This document shows positions 1 to 9,397 of a stretch of DNA of 64,000 nt, one piece after another; the stretch's first letter is position 1; the number at the start of each line of letters is the position of its first letter. Source of the DNA: a virus; the IMG/VR virus record IMGVR_UViG_3300033144_005375, positions 1 to 64,000 of that record. One strand, written 5' to 3'. The position numbers were made by a program, and so were the translations under genes. The notes under the pieces were generated by a model that was given only the letters and a program-made list of their open reading frames with translations, ran no database searches and was not told the DNA's origin.

Positions 1-37
1 AAGTCCCAACGAAAGGACGCTTCTCGATGTTAGACAT
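1..37 (-). CDS. N-terminal fragment of the next tail/baseplate gene (runs off the window edge)
   Basis: ATG at 37 just after the stop of the 483-aa ORF, reading MSNIEKRPFVGT; continues the operon. Confidence 0.45.
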   Translation of the reverse strand, partial: MSNIEKRPFVGT

Positions 38-39
38 GG

Positions 40-1491
40 CTAGAGGTTTCCTCCTCTTGAGGTCCGCCCCGGCGCCAAGAAAACGTTCGGGGCGACTTCC
101 TCCCCCTGAGACGGGTTTCGTCTCGATTGGAACGGATTACACTGAGGGTCCAAGATGCACGTCGCAGAAGCGCCCCCAACACCGTCCGGAATCGTCTGGG
201 TGTAAGTGGCGTTCGCGCCTTGTCCAATGATCGACTCGAACTCCGCGTTGACCCGAGTCTGGAACTCCTCACTGGGAGAGGGGGTCGGGGATTTCCACTT
301 CTGGATCTCACCCGCCTGCGCACGGTCAAACATGAACGAAACGACAAAATCGAAACTGAACTCGACACCGCCTTGCTGCTTGTCTTCGGTGTACTGGTAC
401 GAGAAGTTCTCGAAGTTGCCGACGTAGACCCACTGGTCATACGTGATCTCGATGCTACCGATGAACAGGTGTGCTTCGGACGGCCCGCCCCCAGCGCCAC
501 CGCCGTCGTAGATGTAGCCGTTGTTGCGATAGAACGCGAACAGGCTCATCAGGTTCTGCCACGCGATGGAGTCCCACTTCGACGCGTACTGATAGCCGCT
601 AGGCTCGTCAGTAGCCGTCGGCTGGAGACCATCATTTGTTCGCTGAACTTCCCCGGCCCCTCCGACAGCACCGACCACGAAACCACCGGATTTCCCGGTC
701 ACGTTGAGACGCACCTGCTCTTCGCCCCAGCTCTGGAAAATGTAGTTGAACCGGTTGCGATCCGTGTAAATCTGCTTCTTACCGTACGTGATCGTGAGCT
801 GCTCGGGATTGATCAACAGGGTGAGCGGGGGAGCGGCCAGCATCTTGTTGAGCTGAACGAGCACATCACGGGCTTGGGCCAGGTCCGAAAACGCGGGCTG
901 ATTCGCCGAACTGCCCTCGATCTTGTCGGGGTTGAACTTCTCACCGTTGCCCGCAATCAGGTCGTCCGGTCGTGAAACCCCGGACCCTTGTGTGTCGCTG
1001 CTCGGGGAGAAACTCCGGGCATCGAACGAAGCTTGAGCCTTCAACTGTCGGCTGAAATTGTTGTTCGCCGCCTGCGCGGTCTCGATGATGTTGATGTTCT
1101 GGTTGGGCGCGGGACGACCACCGAGAAGGGCATTTCGAGCATCTTCAACCTCTTGCGCTGTGGCCAACGGCGGGGTCTCTGCGAACCGTTGCTCGACCAC
1201 CGCGAGCTGGTTCAGGGCGTCGTCAAAAACCTTCCGAAGATGCGGGTCGAAGGGCCCTTTCGTCACCGCGGCCCCCTGTCCCAACAGGGCATTCACAAGC
1301 GTCGCTGGAGGGCGCACCCGAAACGTGAAAGGAGACCCAAGGTTGGGGTCTCGAAGTTTCTGGTTCGTCCCATCGACACCCGCAGACTGCGACCCACGAT
1401 TTTGAGGTCTGAAATGGGGCCCATACCGCAGCCCCCGATAGTTCGAGAGCGGCTGGATGCCGGGGTAGTCTTCTTCGGTAAGGTCCGCCAT
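40..1491 (-). CDS. putative baseplate/tail tube initiator-like protein (483 aa)
   Basis: C-terminal LLINPEQLTITY...QSWGEE...Y.GNFENFSY...FSFDF domain, paralogous to the 285-aa neighbour; lies downstream of the tape measure gene. Confidence 0.6.
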   Translation of the reverse strand: MADLTEEDYPGIQPLSNYRGLRYGPHFRPQNRGSQSAGVDGTNQKLRDPNLGSPFTFRVRPPATLVNALLGQGAAVTKGPFDPHLRKVFDDALNQLAVVEQRFAETPPLATAQEVEDARNALLGGRPAPNQNINIIETAQAANNNFSRQLKAQASFDARSFSPSSDTQGSGVSRPDDLIAGNGEKFNPDKIEGSSANQPAFSDLAQARDVLVQLNKMLAAPPLTLLINPEQLTITYGKKQIYTDRNRFNYIFQSWGEEQVRLNVTGKSGGFVVGAVGGAGEVQRTNDGLQPTATDEPSGYQYASKWDSIAWQNLMSLFAFYRNNGYIYDGGGAGGGPSEAHLFIGSIEITYDQWVYVGNFENFSYQYTEDKQQGGVEFSFDFVVSFMFDRAQAGEIQKWKSPTPSPSEEFQTRVNAEFESIIGQGANATYTQTIPDGVGGASATCILDPQCNPFQSRRNPSQGEEVAPNVFLAPGRTSRGGNL

Positions 1492-1497
1492 GTCAGA

Positions 1498-2355
1498 TCA
1501 CACTCCCGCGAAAGGGTCCAAAAGCCTGGACGCGTCTGGGACACGAGCGGCAGCAAGTTGTTGTTGCTGGAACACGCGCTCGGCACTCATAAACGGATCG
1601 ACGATAGGGTCGCGAACAAGGACCAATGCAGGGTTCAAAACCCCAGTAGCAAGACCGGCCGCAGCGGCCAGATCCTCCGCACTCGTCTGAGAAATCGCTT
1701 GTGCATCAAACAACGTCGTTGGTGCTCGATCGAAACGGTCGTTGCGGGTGGCGATGTCCGAACTACGCCAACGCAGGATTTCCTCGTCGATGATGAAGCG
1801 TCCGCTCAGCTCGAACATGTAGGGCTTTTGGGCGGATTCGGTGACGGTGAACTGCCCATCGAACCATCCGATGTGCACGCCACCGTCGAAAGTCATTTTG
1901 ACCTTGCCCTGCACTACGATGTTACCCAGCGAGTCGTAGATGGCCCCGTTGTTGTGGAACAGCGACAACAGGTCGAGGTACTTGTCGTAAGCGATCGTCT
2001 GGCGTCTTCCCTGAGTTCCTGAACCTCCTGTGATGTTCGACAACCCCGAGTAAAGGCGCATGAAGCCTCCCGTCGCTGCGGTGAACGAAATGTCCTCGGC
2101 CGCGTCCCCCCAGTGGAACTCAACGAAGCCACCTCGAGTCTGGGTGCGCTCCGTCTGTTTCGCGTACGAGAACTGCATCGAGCGCGGGTTAACGTGCATC
2201 ACGAGCTTCAACCCTTCCGGCAACAAACTCGTCTGCCGATCCGACGCTTTCACCACATCGAAAATCACGGGACGGTGCCCTCGACGAAGGTTGCCGTAGT
2301 CGGGATCGTCCCCCAACTCCATGAGGGGCTGGAAAATCGGAGTCTGTTCAGGCAT
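1498..2355 (-). CDS. putative baseplate/tail tube initiator-like protein (285 aa)
   Basis: VNPRSMQFSY...EFHWGD...GWFDGQFTVTESAQKPYMFELS pattern typical of tube-initiator-like proteins; directly follows the tape measure gene. Confidence 0.6.
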   Translation of the reverse strand: MPEQTPIFQPLMELGDDPDYGNLRRGHRPVIFDVVKASDRQTSLLPEGLKLVMHVNPRSMQFSYAKQTERTQTRGGFVEFHWGDAAEDISFTAATGGFMRLYSGLSNITGGSGTQGRRQTIAYDKYLDLLSLFHNNGAIYDSLGNIVVQGKVKMTFDGGVHIGWFDGQFTVTESAQKPYMFELSGRFIIDEEILRWRSSDIATRNDRFDRAPTTLFDAQAISQTSAEDLAAAAGLATGVLNPALVLVRDPIVDPFMSAERVFQQQQLAAARVPDASRLLDPFAGV

Positions 2356-5300
2356 GACCGAGCACCTTCATCACGCGCATGACTTCGGTGTAGACCTTGT
2401 TCAGATCGCCGCCGTAGATGTTCACGTTCACAACGCCTCCGGCTCCTCCGGCTCCTCCGGCTCCTCCGGCTCCCCCCATCCCGAAGGCGCCCCCAGGCTT
2501 GAACCCCATAATGGTGTCGTTTGGATCCGTGATAATCGGCGCCATCCCAGGACGGAGCAGGAAGTCTCCTGCGTGCCCAGCCCCATCCAGAGTTTCTTCC
2601 GTTCCTTCGGCAGCCTTTGCAGTAGCTTGGGTGTTGCGGTTGATCTCATTCAGGTCCGCCCACATCCCATCGATCAGGGTTTCGAGCTCGCTCTCGTTGG
2701 CCAGCTTAGCGACCTCACGGTTAATGGCTTGCTCGATGACTGGGAATGCCTCTTCCCAGTTCAGGCCACCTTCCTTCGCCGACAGGGCAGCGCGTTCGGC
2801 CGCTTTGCCGATCCCCAGAGACTGATAACCCCCTATGCCGGCAGCTTGAGCGGCGTTGAATCCCACTTGGTGGGCGGTCTCTCCAAAGGCACCAGCATCC
2901 GCAGCGTCTTCATAGTTGTCAGCAAGAGTTGGCCAGAAGTTGTCCATCTCCTCCTTCATTTTGAGGTTCATCTCTCGGGCAGCGTTTTCATCCAGGGTGT
3001 TAACCGAAAGGTCGTACCCCTGGTCCCCCAGCGTTTTTTGGAGTTCCTGCAAGACCTCGGTCTGCGTCATCCCTTCCGTGTCCATGTTCGCCAGAGTCTG
3101 TTTGGCGATGTCATTCACCTCCTGCATCCCCCTAAGCGTTGCGTCGGTCTCTGAGAGGAGCTTGATCTTGGCCTCAAAGTTGGCCTTCATGAGAGGATCG
3201 TCCGTCTCCTCCATCGCCGCCCGAATCCCCTCCATGAACTTCGCGTTCTTATCCAGGTGCTTCTGGATGTCCTGGCCCTCCACGAGCATCCGGTTCTGTG
3301 CCCCGACACGAGCCTGCACTCCGGGGTCCTCCTTAAAGAACGGATTCGATCGCAAAAAATCCATCCAAAAGCCGTAGACGGTGTTGTAGATCTTCTCGAG
3401 CCATTTGAGCATGTTGGCCTCCATCACGTTGGCCAACTTCTCGGTGGAGTGGGCAATCTGTCGCGCGAGCTTGATGTCTTCTGAAACAGCCTCCTCCTCA
3501 GCTTTTTTGTAGCGATCGTTCTGCGCAAGCATCAGGCCAACCTCATCCTGAATTTTGGCGCCCGTCTCAACCTCCCCAGTGGCCAAGTCCGCGGTAGCAC
3601 CAACGATCTCACCCGTCGCCGTTACCGTCGCTCCGTAGAGCTCCGCCATCGACATCTGCTCTGCCTTGGACAGCTTGCGACCGTCCTCCTTCACCTCTTT
3701 TTGGATGCGCGTCAGAGCATTCATATCCGCCGCAGTGCCGCGAGAGGCGTCCACCAACGCCTCGAAGGCTTTGCCCGTCTTCCCGGTAATCTGCTCTGCC
3801 GCAGCTCGTTGGGCGGGCCCTTTGCCTGCAAACTCATGAAGCATCTCGCCACCGAACACTTTGCTTTGCGTCTGCACAGCCAAAGTCCCCGCAGGCCCCA
3901 GGTCGCTCATCGCGTTCACCATGGCACCGAGATCCCCGTTTCCGGCTTTCGCGGTTTCGACAAGGTTATCGAGACGTTGGATCAATTCCGGCGGGTAGCC
4001 CCCGGCTTTGAAATTCGCGAGCATGGCAGTCCGTCCCTCTTCGGTCGCCCCAGCAAGTTTCGCGACAAGATCCTCCCCGCTTGTAGCGCTCCCCTCGTAC
4101 CCGGATTTTTTGAGATCCTTAAAAATCGAATCCGCGTTTGCCAGAGCCTGGTCTGCGAAGACCCTCTGCATCTCGTCCTGACCTGTCGTGAAAATCGTTT
4201 TAAGACGGTCACTGGTCGAGGCTTCGGTGAACGCATTCGTAAGTGACTTGAACAGCTCGGCTCCAGCCGTCTCGCCCAAGATGTTGCCCAAGAACTTGAG
4301 TGTCTTGGCAGCCTCTTCGACTCGCACCGCGTAGGCCCCCATCCCAGAAGTCGCCTCCATGATGGTGCCGACAAAACGCTTCATCGAGAACCCAGACAGG
4401 ACCGCTTCCTGGCGCACTGCGGACAGTCCCTCGTACACGCGCTCGAGGTCTTGCCCGAAGTCGTTGGCCCACCGACTTTGCAGCGTGCCCATCTCAGCGA
4501 TGCTCATCCCCATCAGCTTTGAGTACGCCACCACGTTCTCGGCAGCGTCCCCGTAGTTTTCAAGGTGCTTTGCTCCGCGCGAGATTTCGTCTTTCACCTT
4601 TTCGAATCCGCGACCGAACTCGTTCAAGGCACCGACCGCAGCGAACATGTCGTCCGCCTTAACACGGAAACCACCAGCCGCACTCGCGGCTTCCAGGATG
4701 TCCCCGCGCATCTGTTTCAACTCAGCCCTGAATTTGTCACCGGCCTCCCAAGCCCGACCACCGATCCCCATGTCCGAAACGGTGCCCGTCTTGAGGATGG
4801 AGTTGTTCATCTCAACGATGCGGTCGTTGAGATCCATGAACAGCTTGATCAACATGAGGACCGCACCCGCAACGGCAGCGAGGGTCGCCACGGTTGCTCC
4901 GATGCCTGCCATCATCGCGCCCCTCCCGGCCATTTTACTGGCCGCCCCTGCACTGTCCCCTTCCTTGCCCTCCCCGGCATCTATTCGATCTCGCATGCGC
5001 TGAGCACTCTCCTGCCTGGCTCGGCCTGCTTCCTGAACGCGCCCTCCCATCTGACGCCCGATGTTGAGGTACCCCGAAGGGTCCTTCATGTGCATCGCTT
5101 GGCTGATGCCGCTGAAAGTGTCCTTGAGATCGTCCCCTTGTTTGGCCCACGTTCGAGCCGACCGCTCTTGCATCGACTCCCAGGCATCCCCTTGGGCCTT
5201 GATCTCACGCTCCATCCGACGAGTGCGCTTGTCCAGCAACTTGTCGAGTTTGGCCGCCGCTTCGTAGTTGCCCGCTGCCAGCTCCTTGGTGAATTTGGAG

Positions 5301-5530
5301 TAGACGCTGGTGATGTTCGTCTTGAGGAAGTCCCTGATGGCCGCGCCACCTTGACCTGAGCGAGTTGCGTGCGTGAACCCTGCAACGACGGCACGAGCAA
5401 AGTCATTTTTGACCTGGTCGTTCCATTTGTCGGTTACCTCATTCAGCGCGCCGCCAATCGCATTGCTGAGCTCGCGAACACTCCGGTTGTTGAGCTGGAT
5501 ATCAATTCCAAGTTTGATGTCATCAGCCAT
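2348..5530 (-). CDS. tail tape measure protein (1060 aa)
   Basis: long Ala/Gly-rich helical protein with a hydrophobic segment (GATVATLAAVAGAVLMLIKLF); canonical position after tube and chaperones. Confidence 0.75.
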   Translation of the reverse strand: MADDIKLGIDIQLNNRSVRELSNAIGGALNEVTDKWNDQVKNDFARAVVAGFTHATRSGQGGAAIRDFLKTNITSVYSKFTKELAAGNYEAAAKLDKLLDKRTRRMEREIKAQGDAWESMQERSARTWAKQGDDLKDTFSGISQAMHMKDPSGYLNIGRQMGGRVQEAGRARQESAQRMRDRIDAGEGKEGDSAGAASKMAGRGAMMAGIGATVATLAAVAGAVLMLIKLFMDLNDRIVEMNNSILKTGTVSDMGIGGRAWEAGDKFRAELKQMRGDILEAASAAGGFRVKADDMFAAVGALNEFGRGFEKVKDEISRGAKHLENYGDAAENVVAYSKLMGMSIAEMGTLQSRWANDFGQDLERVYEGLSAVRQEAVLSGFSMKRFVGTIMEATSGMGAYAVRVEEAAKTLKFLGNILGETAGAELFKSLTNAFTEASTSDRLKTIFTTGQDEMQRVFADQALANADSIFKDLKKSGYEGSATSGEDLVAKLAGATEEGRTAMLANFKAGGYPPELIQRLDNLVETAKAGNGDLGAMVNAMSDLGPAGTLAVQTQSKVFGGEMLHEFAGKGPAQRAAAEQITGKTGKAFEALVDASRGTAADMNALTRIQKEVKEDGRKLSKAEQMSMAELYGATVTATGEIVGATADLATGEVETGAKIQDEVGLMLAQNDRYKKAEEEAVSEDIKLARQIAHSTEKLANVMEANMLKWLEKIYNTVYGFWMDFLRSNPFFKEDPGVQARVGAQNRMLVEGQDIQKHLDKNAKFMEGIRAAMEETDDPLMKANFEAKIKLLSETDATLRGMQEVNDIAKQTLANMDTEGMTQTEVLQELQKTLGDQGYDLSVNTLDENAAREMNLKMKEEMDNFWPTLADNYEDAADAGAFGETAHQVGFNAAQAAGIGGYQSLGIGKAAERAALSAKEGGLNWEEAFPVIEQAINREVAKLANESELETLIDGMWADLNEINRNTQATAKAAEGTEETLDGAGHAGDFLLRPGMAPIITDPNDTIMGFKPGGAFGMGGAGGAGGAGGAGGVVNVNIYGGDLNKVYTEVMRVMKVLGHA
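2437..2472. repeat. 9-bp tandem repeat x4 encoding a Gly-Ala-Gly linker
   Basis: cctccggct repeated in the 3' part of the tape measure gene. Confidence 0.85.
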
Positions 5531-5532
5531 GG

Positions 5533-6789
5533 CTAGCTACCCCCCTTCCCGTCGTCGTCGTGAAAATGGGCGGTAGGTCGCCGAGCGGCAATTTTCTCTT
5601 GTAGTGTTTTCCCCTCTTCTGAATCCTCGTCTGGGCGAAGCATCATGTTCACCATGTCGGGGTCCACGGGCTCCGTGGACATGATGCGACCTTCGTCGTC
5701 CACGATCAGGTTCCCGACCTCGGGATTCTTCGCGATGTACTTGTCGTAGGCGCTGTTGTGACCGCTGTCCTGGATGACCTGGGAAGTTCCCGGCATCCGG
5801 GCCTGCACACGATCCAGGAAGGCTTGCCCGGCTTGCCCAGCGATCGGCACAAGTTGGGTTCCGACGATCCCCTCTTCTTCCATCGCGGCGCTGAGAGCCT
5901 TGCGTTGCGCTGCCTGCTTGAGATCGCGTTGTTGGTGGTCGTGCTTGATCCGTGCCTTGGCGCCGTCAACGACGCTGTCGTGGTCGTCCTTGATCCCCTC
6001 CACCCAACGACGCATGACTTCCTGGAGCTCCTCTTCGGTCTCCGCCATGTGCACGTCTTGCCAAGGACCTCGACGACCCTGCCGCTGCTCATCGGAGGAA
6101 AGTTTCGCAATGACTCCCGTGGCTTCGTAAAAAATGCGGTCTTGGATTTGCTGACGATGACGAGACTCGTCACCCTTGGCCTTCTGATCCTGGGACTGCA
6201 GCTTCTTCACCCCCTTGGGGGCGTGCGGACTTGCCTGGAACTTGGCCAACGACCAGAGGTAGTCGTTGTGGTCTCGCTGATCTTGAATATCGTTGAAGTA
6301 CGACCAAATTCGACGAACCGGGTTGGCGCCCACCTGCCGACCGTAAAAATACGAGTCGAGTTTGGCCCCTCCTTGCGACTTCCACATCAATCGAGATTCG
6401 TCTTCGTACATGAACGCCTCGACGACATGAGCCGCCTCTGATACGCGTTTCATCAAAGCACTAACGAGCATCTCGAAATCCTCGAGGATGCTCATCGGCA
6501 TCGTCATGCACATCTCGAAAATCCGGTACGAAACCTCATCCTCCCCGAGAAGGATCTGACCATCCACCATCCAAATCGCAGAACTCACCAGCCACGCCTT
6601 CCACTCCCTCGCCTCAGCACCCCACGTTCGTGTACGCAGAACGAACCAATCGTCGTCGCCCAAAGAGCGCAAGACGAATCGCGAACCGTTAACCGATACG
6701 TGATGGACGAGGAAGCCCGGAGTCACGAGCGCACGCACGTCGTTGTAGACGACGGATCGCTGCTCCGGTGTGGTCGTGACTAGTGGCAC
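5533..6789 (-). CDS. putative tail assembly chaperone 2 (418 aa)
   Basis: lies between chaperone 1 and the tape measure gene; GTG start with AAGGGG upstream. Confidence 0.55.
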   Translation of the reverse strand: MPLVTTTPEQRSVVYNDVRALVTPGFLVHHVSVNGSRFVLRSLGDDDWFVLRTRTWGAEAREWKAWLVSSAIWMVDGQILLGEDEVSYRIFEMCMTMPMSILEDFEMLVSALMKRVSEAAHVVEAFMYEDESRLMWKSQGGAKLDSYFYGRQVGANPVRRIWSYFNDIQDQRDHNDYLWSLAKFQASPHAPKGVKKLQSQDQKAKGDESRHRQQIQDRIFYEATGVIAKLSSDEQRQGRRGPWQDVHMAETEEELQEVMRRWVEGIKDDHDSVVDGAKARIKHDHQQRDLKQAAQRKALSAAMEEEGIVGTQLVPIAGQAGQAFLDRVQARMPGTSQVIQDSGHNSAYDKYIAKNPEVGNLIVDDEGRIMSTEPVDPDMVNMMLRPDEDSEEGKTLQEKIAARRPTAHFHDDDGKGGS

Positions 6790-6792
6790 CCG

Positions 6793-8148
6793 CTAGGACC
6801 CCTTGGGGCGATAGTTCGGGTTACGTGCCCCAGAGGTGGGGTTCATCTTCACAGGCCCCGCTGCGGGTTGCCCGTGCTGGCGTGCATCCTCCGGCCGCTC
6901 CAACGTCTGAGTCGGCATCTTGTAGACAGGCTTTCCATGAAGCTGGGCCGGCTGTCCTCCTCCAGCAGCTTGGGGCTGTGCACGTTGTGGACGGCCAGGT
7001 CGCACTGCGCCGCCCCGAGTATCCGGAACCGCATTTTGGAGGTTGGCAGCTTGACGCAAACTGCCTACAGCACCCCCAGGCGAAGGCCCGGACAAATCCA
7101 CAGCCTTGGGACGGTTGGCTTCACGCTGCCCTTCTGCGACCTGGGCGGCGATCTCCTGCTCCGAGGGGATCCCAGCCTCACGACGCAGCCGTTCCTGCTC
7201 CTCCTGAGCCCGCTGTCGAGCGACGTGCTGTTGATGCAACATCGCCTGCCGACGAGCCTCGATCTCCATCGCCTGACCAGGATCCGACGGGTCAAAGAAC
7301 GAGTCGCCCTCGTTCGGAAGCATGATGCCGGCCTCATCGTGGTACTGGGGTGCCCGCTGCTCCTGGGGGTTCTCAGGAGCCGTTTGCTGAGGCTCCCGCT
7401 CCCGAGGCGCGGCGGCTTGTGGAATCGAAGAGGAGCGCCCCTGTGGGTTCTGAGGAGCCTGTGGGTTCTGAGGAGCCTGTGGGTTCTGAGGAGCCTGCGC
7501 CTGTGGCTGCGGGGGCTGCGGAGGAGCGGCCTGCTGTGGAGGCTGCTGCTGCTGCTGCTGCTGCTGCTGTGGCGGCTGCTGCTGCGGCACTGGACCTCCA
7601 GCAACTTTGCCGTCCCGCTTGGTCCTGGCACTACGGAGGTCCTTGAGTCGCGCCTCGACCCGATCGATCTCCGCATCGAAGTCCACAGCGTCGTACTTCA
7701 CCACCTTGGCGGCATGAATTTCAGCCAGGTCCACAAGGTCGCCGTACCGCTGCGACACTTCGCTGAGCATGTGCTGCCCCCACTCTTTCACGAGGCCGGT
7801 GATCGCTTCCCACTTGGGGAGCGAAATAGGGTTGCCGGCGTTGTCCCGCTCCTCGGTCTCGATGAACTCAACTTTGCGTAACTCAAGATCCCCGATACGC
7901 ATGATCGAGAACCCAAGCGTGGCTTGGCGCATCCGGTTCATGAGATCCATGTACGCCCCCTGATCTGGGGTCTCTGTTGGACCGACTGTTTCCAACGCGA
8001 CTTGCGCGTACTTCTGAACCTCGGCCTCTTCTTCAGGACGAAGGATACGAAGCGTAATTTTCTGACCATCCACCTCGAACGTAAGTTCGTGCTGGCGGAC
8101 GTTTTCGACTCGATTGATGGCGGCTTCTAGAGCCTTGAGATTGACCAT
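6793..8148 (-). CDS. putative tail assembly chaperone 1 with Gln/Pro-rich C-terminus
   Basis: follows the tube gene; N-terminal FEVDGQKITLRILRPEEE chaperone-like segment; ATG at 8148 with GGAGA SD. Confidence 0.6.
   Translation of the reverse strand: MVNLKALEAAINRVENVRQHELTFEVDGQKITLRILRPEEEAEVQKYAQVALETVGPTETPDQGAYMDLMNRMRQATLGFSIMRIGDLELRKVEFIETEERDNAGNPISLPKWEAITGLVKEWGQHMLSEVSQRYGDLVDLAEIHAAKVVKYDAVDFDAEIDRVEARLKDLRSARTKRDGKVAGGPVPQQQPPQQQQQQQQQPPQQAAPPQPPQPQAQAPQNPQAPQNPQAPQNPQGRSSSIPQAAAPREREPQQTAPENPQEQRAPQYHDEAGIMLPNEGDSFFDPSDPGQAMEIEARRQAMLHQQHVARQRAQEEQERLRREAGIPSEQEIAAQVAEGQREANRPKAVDLSGPSPGGAVGSLRQAANLQNAVPDTRGGAVRPGRPQRAQPQAAGGGQPAQLHGKPVYKMPTQTLERPEDARQHGQPAAGPVKMNPTSGARNPNYRPKGS
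7440..7575. repeat. 18-bp tandem repeat x3 (PQAPQN) and CAG/poly-Gln tract
   Basis: cctgtgggttctgaggag three times, followed by a (ctg)n run. Confidence 0.85.
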
Positions 8149-8231
8149 GACTGTCTCCACTGGTGTGGAGCATGTCGGTGGGTCGGGGTCACAGCGCAAA
8201 CTTGATATGTGTGTTCGATCCCATTTTCATC

Positions 8232-8259
8232 TTCATTTGACCGTCCCCGAAGGGAGGAA
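8232..8259 (-). promoter_or_regulatory. bulged UUCG hairpin leader element, copy 1
   Basis: mRNA sense UUCC-UCCC-UUCG-GGGA-C-GG-UCAAAUGAA. Confidence 0.65.
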
Positions 8260-8349
8260 GGGGGAACAGCTCGAAAGGTCCGTTCGTGCCCATCTTTTTC
8301 ACATTTAGTCTGCGTCAGAGACGCGTTCCACCGATTGCTCGGGTTGCAC

Positions 8350-8376
8350 AAAAACCACTCCCCTTGCGAGGGGTGG
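8350..8376 (-). terminator. rho-independent terminator downstream of the tail tube gene
   Basis: minus strand CCACCCCT-CGCA-AGGGGAGTGG followed by TTTTT. Confidence 0.7.
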
Positions 8377-8426
8377 CACTCAGGGTGGGTGGGAAATTCA
8401 TCCTCACCCTACCCAGGAAAACTCAC

Positions 8427-9218
8427 CTAGGAAGTGATGAAGTCAGAACCGCCACGGCCAGAGCCATTGTTGAAGCGCACAGAGCCAAGCTGGTTGATCG
8501 ACGGATCGTTGCCTGTCGCCAGGAATTCGCCGTACTCGGAGGAGAAATCGTGCACGTCAGAGATCGTCACATCGCCGGTCTCCATCAGCATGCCCGTGTC
8601 GCGGCTCAGGTTCGTCAGAGACCAGGAGTTGAACCAGCAGGTCTCGTAGAGCGTGATGATCGCCGTGTGGCTACGTGCGTCTCCAGGGACGCCCTGGGGG
8701 TCGTTGGTGACCGTGGGGTATTTGATCGACTTGACGCCACCGTCAAAAGTGCCGCCGCCGCCGTTGAAGCCCTCACCCGGTTGACCCGTGAGGTCCAGAT
8801 CAGCCACCGTCGAAAACACGAGCTGCTGCTCGATGTCGAAGGGCCAACGGTGATGTCGAAGGGATCGAACCGGTCCACTCGCACCACCAGCGTAACCAGT
8901 GGCCTGCCACAGGTTCGAGAGGTAGAGGAGCGCGCGCTCGAACCCGGCCGTCATGGCCTCGGTCACGGACGGTACGAGCTCGGCGATCATGTCGCCGAAG
9001 CCAATTCCACGAAGAGTGTCGATCGTACGAGTCTCGTTCGGCGTGAACGAACTCAGAACGCCCATCTGGAACAGGAGTTTGGCGTCGGTGCCGTACGCGG
9101 GGGTCAGAAGGCGGACCTTCTGAGAAACGGCAGTACGCGTCTGGGGCGACGTGCCGAAATCGTAGATGTAACTGGAACCCTGGACGCCATTGGCAGGCGC
9201 ATTGTCTGTATTGGCCAT
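8427..9218 (-). CDS. tail tube protein
   Basis: follows the sheath gene; LRGIGFGD.IAELVP, FERALLY, WPFDIEQ and YETCWFNSWS motifs typical of tube proteins; ATG at 9218 with AAGGAAAG SD. Confidence 0.8.
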   Translation of the reverse strand: MANTDNAPANGVQGSSYIYDFGTSPQTRTAVSQKVRLLTPAYGTDAKLLFQMGVLSSFTPNETRTIDTLRGIGFGDMIAELVPSVTEAMTAGFERALLYLSNLWQATGYAGGASGPVRSLRHHRWPFDIEQQLVFSTVADLDLTGQPGEGFNGGGGTFDGGVKSIKYPTVTNDPQGVPGDARSHTAIITLYETCWFNSWSLTNLSRDTGMLMETGDVTISDVHDFSSEYGEFLATGNDPSINQLGSVRFNNGSGRGGSDFITS

Positions 9219-9311
9219 GTGCTTTCCTTTCGGTAAAACGGCTGGCCCCAACTCGGGGATCCAGAACCGCGCAAAATGGGACTAATTTGGTCCCTCTACT
9301 AATTGCGCTGG

Positions 9312-9328
9312 CTATAGGGAGACAAACG
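9312..9328 (-). promoter_or_regulatory. putative late promoter motif
   Basis: CGTT-TGTCTC-CCTATAG upstream of the tube gene; member of a 13-copy motif family. Confidence 0.6.
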
Positions 9329-9397
9329 AAGCCAATCACAAGCGCGCAATGCGCGGACCCTACCGAAAGGAATTCGTGAAAAAGAGACCTCGCAACT

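Noticed and set aside
7440-7575. CRISPR-like repeats
   Set aside because: No spacers; these are in-frame coding tandem repeats (PQAPQN, poly-Gln)
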